DNA of 64,000 nt. It comes from Welwitschia mirabilis (taxonomy: Eukaryota). This document shows, in pieces, positions 54,929 through 64,000 of this stretch; the stretch's first letter is position 1, and each line of letters begins with the position of its first letter. The notes under the pieces were generated by a model, which worked only from the letters and a program-made list of their open reading frames with translations, was not told the DNA's origin and did not search any database. Location: assembly GCA_051453625.1 (NCBI GenBank), contig JBOZIK010000001.1:27397063-27461062 (forward strand), given 5' to 3'. Made by a program: the position numbers and the translations under genes.

Positions 54929-56584
54929 NNNNNNNNNNNNNNNNNNNNNNNNNNNNNNNNNNNNNNNNNNNNNNNNNNNNNNNNNNNNNNNNNNGATCCT
55001 ATCATTTATAACCAAATAGATATCTTATATAATACTGTTGAAAAAATAGGGTACAATGGGTATGCCCCAGTGGTTATCTTTACTTTAGCTCATATTATTT
55101 AGGACCCGATCCACATTTTTTGGATCTATTGTTAGTCTGTAAGTTAATTATTTATTTGCATTCAATAATGAAATCCGTGATTTGTACTTTCACGCTAATC
55201 TTCAAACTCCATTTTTCAGATTTCATTCTTCCTCCTGCTATGCTTCTATGTGCTCTATAATTACAATTGATATCAAAGTTGAAGGATTGAGAGTTTCTAT
55301 TTAATCGTGGTCTCTCAAGATCCTATGAAAGAAGCCTCTAGACTATTTTATTTATGAAAAATGCAACCATAATTTCTAAAAATATCAAAATCGAAGATAT
55401 TATCATCTTATGAAGTTCATTCTGGTGTAAGAAGATTTTATTTTTAATGTTTTACATGGTGCATAATGCTCCCACAGCAGATGTGTAGTAAGATCAACCT
55501 GAAGATTCAGTAAAAACAAAAGATTAAGTCAAATTTCAAGGCAAGCAGTGACTGCATATGCGTAGTCTGTTAATAAGCGTGAGAGCCATCACTCTTGAAT
55601 GCATCAAAAAATCACACTATGATGTGATAGGATTTCAACTGCATCACTTAAACAATTTTAAGGAGAATCAATGGTTACAATATTTTTTTGATTTCTGTGT
55701 AAGAAAATTTGCATGTTTTATTAGTTGTTTGTCTCTGTGAAATCCATTTTCCCATTTTGCAGAGCCTCACCTCCCTCTAACTTACATGAACTCCAATCGT
55801 GGCCTGCTTGTGTCATTTCTTTGGTGTTTGTTTTTCTGAGGCAAGGATTCTTCATTTGGTAGAGAGAGGCCTTTGGTTTTTAAGTTGCAATTCATCTTCT
55901 CTTTCTTATTTTTCTGTAAGTTTCAACTGGCAGAGGCGTTGATAGATTGCAATTTGAAGTTTTTGCATTTCTTACTTCTGTCGAGGGTTTTCTTTTCTCT
56001 TTTCATTAATAGTGATTGGAATATCTTCTAAAGGATCTGTGTGGAAGCTGAGATCGTCCTAATTTTCATTCTCTTTAAACTCATAATGTTTCAAGTGGGC
56101 TAAATGTTGTGATGGAGACCAAGGATAAACAAGGATTTCAATGATTCATGTTGCAATTCACTTTCTATTTCTATAATCCCTGGTAAAGCGTAAAATTCCT
56201 GCTTTATTCTTTTATGCTCCATAGTATTTGTTATTGAGATAAACCTATGGTTGTATGTGATTTTTTGGATAGACTATACTGTTTTACATACTCGTTTCAC
56301 TGCATACAGCAACTGAAGCACCATTAAATAATGATTCATCATCAATGGAAGCACCATCCAATAACAAATCTCTAGGAAGTATTTCGAGGACCAATTTGGA
56401 ATAATGACATTTTATTTGATGTAAGGCTATCCATTCTATTTATAAAACTATCATAGAAATTACTTTTTGAGTGGTGTGAGGAGAGAGGATCCACATTAAA
56501 AAGGGGTAGTATCTCTTTCTTTTCAAAAACAAGTATTTTAAAGCCTTGAAATTACCAACTCCCAAAGTAAAATGAAAAAGAATA

Positions 56585-57200
56585 TTGAAAAATTTAATGG
56601 AAAAATTTACTACTCGTAAAGTACTAAAGCTAAAAGATCCTGATAAGATTGAACAATGGAAAGAAGATGATCAAGAATCCCTTTCTCTTATTGGGCTTAG
56701 CCTTGAGGATAATTATCTTCATCACATTTATCTGAGTAAGATATCAAAGAAAGTATGGGATGATCTATGGAAACTATTTGGTTCAAGTGGAAATGAAGCT
56801 AAATAGGAATTAAAACATCAATTGTATAGCTTGAGAATGAATGATTCAAAAGATATAAGTCAACATATAAATCATTTTAAATCTCTTCTAGTCCAACTTA
56901 TTGCTATAAATTCAAAGATTGATAATGAAGATTCCAAAGCCATTCTTCTTAGTAGTCTTCCATCTAGATATGCTCATATCATTTTCACATTAAAGAAGAT
57001 CCCATGCACATTAGAAAACATAATCTCAACACTTATTGAAGAATACAAGAAAATGCAAGAACAAGAATCTTCTTAAGGAGCTCTAGTTCCTCAAAGACAA
57101 AATTTCAAAGTAGAGACAAGTACACTGATAAGAAACATGTGAAATGTTTCCATTGCAATAAGTGAGGACATATGTCTATGGATTGTATTTAACGTGCTAA
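56585..57200 (+). pseudogene. Copia gag (UBN2-like domain plus CCHC zinc knuckle), with stops
   Basis: ORFs 56585-56806 and 56822-57076 (SLIGLSLEDNYLHHI...KVWDDL...HINHFKSLLVQL...AILLSSLPSRY), then VKCFHCNK*GHMSMDC. Confidence 0.85.
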
Positions 57201-57317
57201 AGATTTAATCAGTTGCAAGTTGAAAACTTGAGCTCAAATTGTAAAAGCCTCATCTCAGCTAAAATATTTAAGAGATGAAGAACTTATAGAAGAAATTGTT
57301 AGAGGATTTTAATTCAT

Positions 57318-57562
57318 TTGGGTGTGTTCCATCTCTGTTTTGGATGTGTCCCATTTATGATTTTGGGTGTGTCCCACATATGTGTTTGGGTGTGTCCCAT
57401 CTATGATCTCAGTGTGTCCCATGTTATGGTTCTAAGTATGCCACATATGTATTTGGGTGTGTCCCATTTATGATCTGGGTATGTCCCATTTATGGTTCTA
57501 AGTGTATCCCATATATATGGATTGGGTGTGTTCTAGTTATGTGTTTTTTGGTTCATCCCATA
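57318..57562 (+). repeat. ~21-22-bp tandem minisatellite (consensus ~TTTGGGTGTGTCCCATYTATG) in the 3' UTR
   Basis: About 11 imperfect copies directly before the PPT. Confidence 0.85.
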
Positions 57563-60052
57563 TACTTATGTAATGTCAATCCTTCATATATTTTAGATGT
57601 AACATTAAGAAGGGGTTTGTTGAGAAAATAGGATACAATGGATATGCTCCAATGGTTATCTTTGGTTTAGATCATATTATTTGGGACTCAATCCACATTT
57701 TTTGGATCTATTATTAGTCTGTAAGTTGATTATTTATTTGCATTCAATAATGAAATTCGTGAGTTGCACTTTCACGCTAATCTTCAAACCCCGTTCTTCA
57801 AACTTCATTCTCCCTTCTACTACACTTCTATGTGCTCTGTAATTGCAAATATGAGTGGGAGTAGACATGAAATATCATATTCATGTTGAAGTCTCTAAGT
57901 ATGAGATTTAGGTGCATTTGCAAAAGAATACTTAGGAACCAAAAATAAAGATTAATGTAAGAAATAAAAGCTATAATGCAAATGCAAGATTAACTAATAT
58001 AAATGAAATGCAAAACGAACTAATTCTACTTGCTTTTAGCCTTAATAAAGTCTTCCCTTGATAATCTATATTATACAAGAAATTGTCACTAGATCAAGGA
58101 CAACATAGACTATAAGGATAATCAGAAAATCTAATATGTAAATATAAAAACAAACAAAGTTTATATTAAGAAAAAGTAACAAGCATCTTGGTTACAAAAC
58201 AACTGAGTCTCAATAGAGGATACACAGTCCTCTACCAAGTGCATATCTTTCTGCAACACTCAAGATGGATTTTCTGCCCTTCGACATCCTGTCATAAGGA
58301 TTTTCAGTCTAATGAAGATGAGAAAGAGAATTGAAGGGGGACTTATTAATAGAAACATATAGCAGAAAATGATAAATAGTAGGTCTAGAAAGGCACACTT
58401 ATTTACAACTTAGAAATGAATGAAACAGTTATGGATCACTGTCATAGTTGGTTATATGTCATTAGGGATGATAGTTCATTATANNNNNNNNNNNNNNNNN
58501 NNNNNNNNNNNNNNNNNNNNNNNNNNNNNNNNNNNNNNNNNNNNNNNNNNNNNNNNNNNNNNNNNNNNTTCTTGAAAATAACTTTAGCATTTTTGTGAAT
58601 AATCCTTCTTTAAAGCTCTGTGCATCAGAAAGTACCTTTAATATATCAAATTTGGATAAGAATCTCACTTTTCTGAGATTTTCTCTTATATATCCAAAAT
58701 CCTTAGAATTGCATCTAAACCTATATGAAAGTCCTATAAAACAACTCATAGAACCCCATCAAATAACCTTAAATTGGTAGTGCAACATAGCCCTTCACTT
58801 AACCTTTGTCAGTTTGTGATAAAAACTAGGTGGAAAAACCATAATTGCAAGATAATTTCTTTTTCAAAAGATAAATCTGAAGGTTATAAAACAAGTTCAT
58901 AAAACACATCACATAGATAAATAACAAGTAATGCATAATGCATATGCAAATTTTGAAAATTTTATGTCATGAAAGATCAAAATTAAGTTAATTTTTTTTT
59001 TTTAAAAAGAGCTATGAAAATGGGTCTCTAGCCCTCCCCCAACCCCCCACACCCTATGTAATACCAAAGAAAAAGTAATATGTCTTGTATTAGAAAAACA
59101 AAGAAAAAAACATAAACGGAAGTAAGAAGATAGGTAAAAGAGGATAACTTTCTAAATGAAGTGCAAAGCTAAGTAATGTCAGCTTTGGATATTAACAAAT
59201 ATTGAGATATAGAATATTTTGACAGGTAAAGAAAAGAGTGGATAATAAAAATGTTTCTTCATAAAAAGAACATGAACAACACTTACAACACCAAAAAATA
59301 TTAAATAAAACACTTATCTAAGTAAGAAATTATCTTTTATTGAAAACTTAAATAAAAAATGCTAAGAAAATACGATAATGACTTTGATATAACTAACCAA
59401 ACCAAAAAAAAAAAAAAAAGAAGAAGAAGAAGAAGNNNNNNNNNNNNNNNNNNNNNNNNNNNNNNNNNNNNNNNNNNNNNNNNNNNNNNNNNNNNNNNNN
59501 NNNNNNNNNNNNNNNNNNNNNNNNNNNNNNNNNNNNNNNNNNNNNNNNNNNNNNNNNNNNNNNNNNNNNNNNNNNNNNNNNNNNNNNNNNNNNNNNNNNN
59601 NNNNNNNNNNNNNNNNNNNNNNNNNNNNNNNNNNNNNNNNNNNNNNNNNNNNNNNNNNNNNNNNNNNNNNNNNNNNNNNNNNNNNNNNNNNNNNNNNNNN
59701 NNNNNNNNNNNNNNNNNNNNNNNNNNNNNNNNNNNNNNNNNNNNNNNNNNNNNNNNNNNNNNNNNNNNNNNNNNNNNNNNNNNNNNNNNNNNNNNNNNNN
59801 NNNNNNNNNNNNNNNNNNNNNNNNNNNNNNNNNNNNNNNNNNNNNNNNNNNNNNNNNNNNNNNNNNNNNNNNNNNNNNNNNNNNNNNNNNNNNNNNNNNN
59901 NNNNNNNNNNNNNNNNNNNNNNNNNNNNNNNNNNNNNNNNNNNNNNNNNNNNNNNNNNNNNNNNNNNNNNNNNNNNNNNNNNNNNNNNNNNNNNNNNNNN
60001 NNNNNNNNNNNNNNNNNNNNNNNNNNNNNNNNNNNNNNNNNNNNNNNNNNNN

Positions 60053-60709
60053 CTCTCTCCAGATCAGGACATCCGCCCTATATGATTGGGATGCCCGGCT
60101 ATGTATGCAATTTTATATACTGGGACGTCCATCCTGAGTAATTGGGACATCCGGAACTACACTCGGTTATTTATACTGGGATGTCCGCACTGTGAATTCG
60201 GGACGTCTGGCCCTATACGCGGATTTGCTATACAAGGACATCCATCCTGATAAACTGGGACGTCCGACTCTGTATACGGATTTCTATACTGAGACGTCTA
60301 CACTGTGAATCCGAGATGTCCGAGCCTGTATTCAGTTTTTCCAGAAAAGAAGATTAAAAACCAGGACGTACGAGATTTTCCGATGGTACGTCTGAGAATA
60401 TATTCGTTGACGCGGAATATAGCCGTTTATAGATGTTAACCACAGGTTTTATTTTCCAACAACTCTTTATTGGGCGTCGTGCTTTTGATTAGAAGATCAA
60501 AGACCTAGCTCTTGCTCTTGTGCTTATATATATTCCTTCTTATTGGATTGAAGAAAAAAATGCTAACATTTTGAAAAGATCTTTTTGAGCTCTGAAAAAG
60601 GCTGTCTACAATCTGAAAGTTGTATGTCCTGAACTATGCTATCTATCATCAAAGGATTATCTGAATGTTAAATGCTGATGACATGTGCTAGATCTAGGCA
60701 CTCTCCTAT

Positions 60710-60710
<1 letters not shown>
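60053..60710 (+). mobile_element. CpG-retaining LTR-like fragment with a GGACGTCC palindrome array
   Basis: ~56-bp units, each with two GGACGTCC/GGACATCC/GGATGTCC motifs (60065-60390), followed by a TATA-like gcttatatatattcc. Bounded by a gap on the left and a microsatellite on the right. Confidence 0.55.

Positions 60711-60713
<3 letters not shown>

Positions 60714-60772
<59 letters not shown>
60714..60772. repeat. Compound (CT)n(AT)n microsatellite
   Basis: Direct reading. Confidence 0.95.
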
Positions 60773-60773
<1 letters not shown>

Positions 60774-63700
60774 CAAAACAACATTCTACATAACTAGACA
60801 TTCCAAAAGACAAAGGTAAAAGATATAAGATTAAGATAGAAAAAAACAATCTTAAATAATCTAAGAACTTTTCACCATTGAAAAAACCATAAAAAATAGA
60901 TCATCTTCTTCAATTAATGTTTATGGACATGTGAATGTCCTAAAAATGGGTGAATCTAATCTCAACACTAAAATGCCCAAGTCAAAAGACTAGTTATAAA
61001 AATAAATACATAAATCATGTTTGGAAGATGATAAAGTAGTGTTATAATAATCTTTCAAAGATAAAGGATAAGAGAAAATTCAAACAATTTACTCATGAAA
61101 TTCAAATTTTACCCATTTATTTCCTGTAATTCTTAAGTAGTCAAGTCATAAATTTCAACAGAGTCATAAAATGTATTTTCTTAAAATAATAAAAAATAAA
61201 AATCATTATTTTATTAATTTTCATCCTGATCATCGTCTAGATGATAGAGAAGATGACAGAGGTATAGAAACAAAAAATTATTAGAAACACAGAAATTTAT
61301 GAAAAAACTAGAAAATTTAACAAGCTTGATTATCGTCCACCTTGTCATGGGGATGATATAGGAGATGACATATTATTAATAGAGAGAAGAAAACATAGAA
61401 ACTATAAATTGAAACAAAATTCAAAAATAGAAGATAAAAATAGAGAATCAGAAGTATCATGAAAACTAAAAATAAAATAAAGGTCAACAAATTTTATTTA
61501 ATTTTTAGAATCTAACTCACACTTTTAAAGAAAATAATAAAGTAAAAGAAACATGATTTCAAGATTTTTAAAAAAATAAGGTCCAAACCAAATATTTACC
61601 AATTGATAAAACATGAAAGATATGCAATCATTTTTTAGTAAAATCAATTGCAAGAAAAGAAAGTAAAAAGATAATACCTTAATAGCATAATTTTTAGAAT
61701 TTAGATAAGAGATAAAAGAATGATAAGTATCATTTAAAAATGATCTCTTAGGAAAATTTTCAGTATGTTGGTCATCATTGTAAAAGATATGTAAAAAGGG
61801 ATTCAAAGAAAGTTTTCAATATGAATTTTAAGGATCTTTAAAATGTTTTCTATCATTTGATTTAGAACATGGATTCTTAAGGCGAAAACAAGGATTTTTT
61901 AATTTTGCATAAGTACATCACAATTTGTTTCCATAAGAATTAATATAAGAGACAAGAAATTCATACAACTCTTGGAAAAACAATCTCTTATCAAACTCAT
62001 GATATGAAGGCTTTGAAACATAGATTGCATTCAGAGCTTAATATTGAATATGAAAGGATTTATTTAAGATCCAAGAATTTGTAAGAAACTTCTTAGGATA
62101 AAAAATTAAGATAGGTTTAACGTACCTAAGAATCTCTTTAACATTTAATTTCAAACATGGACTGTGATCAAGAAGATATGGTTTTTCCCAATTAAGAGTT
62201 CTAAGGTATTGCAAATTTTATTTTGAAAAAGAATGGTTAATGGAAGCACATGGTAGAATTGACTTTGCAAATGAGGAAAATATTTTTTTTCTCACATGAA
62301 GTTATCAAAGGAAGAGGTTGGAAGATTTTTGAATTCAAGTCAAGATGATGTGATTCATTACATTCAAGGACAAGAATGTGATTTGAAGAGGTACTTATTT
62401 GAATACTTTATTTATTGATTATATCTCCATCTTATTTATGATTGATAATTTATTACTTTTCATTTTGTTAAGGATTATTGTTCTTTTCTAAGTTAGTGGA
62501 TTTCTTAAAAATATTATTATAATGATTGTAGAAAGAAACCTCTCGTTATTTGATGAAAGAAATTCTAATATTTCTTGGTTTGATTCCTATTTCTCTCTAA
62601 ATAGCTCCATTAAATCTAAACTATAATCCACATTTGACTTAAGTTAATTATTTTCCATTAATTCTATTTCAATTCTTATCTCCATTAATTTCAAAATTTG
62701 AATCTCATATATTGGTAGAACTCCTTCATCTTTACAAAACATGTGAAAGTTTAGGATATGATCTAAGATTTCAATATTATCTTCTTCTTCATTTTCTTCA
62801 CTATTCTTATTATTTTGTTACATGTTTCTTTTATTAGAAGGGAAAATGTAATCATCATTTCTATCATATATTAAAGAATTTTTATATTTCTCATGAATGC
62901 ATTCTTCATCTAGTAAATGATTTTCAAACACCTCAACATCATCATAGCCATCCTCATCTTTATTGTTGAAAGATATAGTTGAATTATCATTATCTTTCCT
63001 TGGCTCATCTTTTAATATTTTATTCTTAACTTGGAAGCAAGGATCATAATCATTAATTCCTAAGTTATTTTCATTTTCCTCAAGGTAAGATGTAAAAGGA
63101 TAGGTTTGAGGATTTTGCATTTGAAGAGATAGGATATTTTGTTTAAGAATTAAAATTAATTTTTTTAATTTTTTATTGATATTTTCTATGTGTTTATTGT
63201 TATCTTCTTGGTTCTTTACTATGTCCCTAAATTTTCCTATTGGATCATTTTTCTTTTTTGTAATAGTTTATGGGAGATGGGTGGGATGGGTGAAAATTAT
63301 TATATGAAGTTGAATCTCTAAGATTTTTACCATTAGTTTTATATGACTTTTAAAAATAAAAGGAGGAATAATAAGGTGGTTGAAAAGAGGAATGGGTCCT
63401 ATCTCTAATCTCAACATTTTTTTATATTAGCCTTTCTTTTTCTGCAAAAATCTCTTTAAGTGTTTTCTTACCATCCTTCTTAGATTCTTTTCTCCTCTTT
63501 TTAGTAAGAATTTTCCCAAGTGTTTTATTACCATTATCCTCAGAATCATTTTTACACCTTTCAAAAAAAAACTATGTATATGGGTTATTCTATCACTATA
63601 CATTTTTTAGAAGAATGGGAATAAGAGAATCTTACTTCAAGATGAAGGTAGGTGCTTAGAAATAATTGAGTTTTAAAAATTAAATGAGCTTAGAAAAAAA

Positions 63701-64000
63701 TAATGTATGCATCTATAATTTGTGTTCCTATCCTCTTTTAATACTTTCTTCTGTCAATAGTCCCCTTTTTCTGATAAGCCTTTTTTTGGATTGAACTTAT
63801 TACGATTCCTGCAAACAAAGAATAATAGAAAAAAATTAAAAATAACATTGTCATCCTATCTATCGTGGGGATGATAGAAGGAATGACACACACATAGAAC
63901 AGAAAAAATAGAAAGAGAACTGTAACCAAAATAGAAAGTGGAAAACACAGAAAATAGAACTGTCATCCATCTAGTCATCTAGATGTCACAACAGAAAATA

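Larger units (their letters stand above)
55036..57847 (+). mobile_element. Small gag-only copia-type LTR element (TR-GAG-like), 2.8 kb
   Basis: 230-bp LTRs at 55036-55265 and 57618-57847 (TG...CA). PBS TGATATCAAAG (decayed iMet) at 55268; PPT AAGAAGGGG at 57607-57615; TSD AATAC/AATAT; gag only. Confidence 0.88.
57848..64000 (-). mobile_element. Athila-like element: 3' LTR (to 58787), PPT and internal region running off the window
   Basis: LTR ends ...GTGCAACA at 58787, followed by tagcccttcacttaacctttgtcag (PPT region). 58788-61700 is the reverse complement of the 44450-46516 type 3' region; 61500-63550 resembles the internal ORF of 3145-11807. Confidence 0.8.

Noticed and set aside
57318-57562. 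CRISPR-like array
   Set aside because: Contiguous degenerate tandem units without unique spacers, inside a plant retroelement; no cas genes. The same applies to 60065-60390.

Overview
Very AT-rich, CpG-depleted, gapped plant nuclear DNA with no intact host gene. Most of it is nested, decayed LTR retrotransposons that can be resolved by LTR pairs and target-site duplications (TSDs). (1) A pol-less Athila-like Ty3/gypsy element lies at 3145-11807 (TSD TGTCT). (2) A SIRE-like Ty1/copia element spans 21863-52809 (TSD ATTAC). Its 3' LTR is split by an Athila element with a duplicated gag-PR-RT block (22076-35678), and its RNase H is split by a gag+protease-only Athila element (40660-47599, TSD ATGTC). 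(3) To the right are a CACTA/En-Spm transposase remnant, a 2.8-kb gag-only copia element and a further Athila-like element running off the edge. The most striking feature is missed by the ORF track: a minus-strand cassette at ~16.55-21.4 kb of intron-less host-gene fragments. In order it reads SPINDLY-like TPRs (tentative), an unidentified segment, spermidine synthase joined in frame to the leucine zipper of a MIP1/DUF547 protein, and three tandem ~0.9-kb copies of the DUF547 domain. It looks like a multi-gene chimeric retrocopy. All protein assignments come from manual translation and recalled family motifs, not database searches; identity figures are by-eye estimates.
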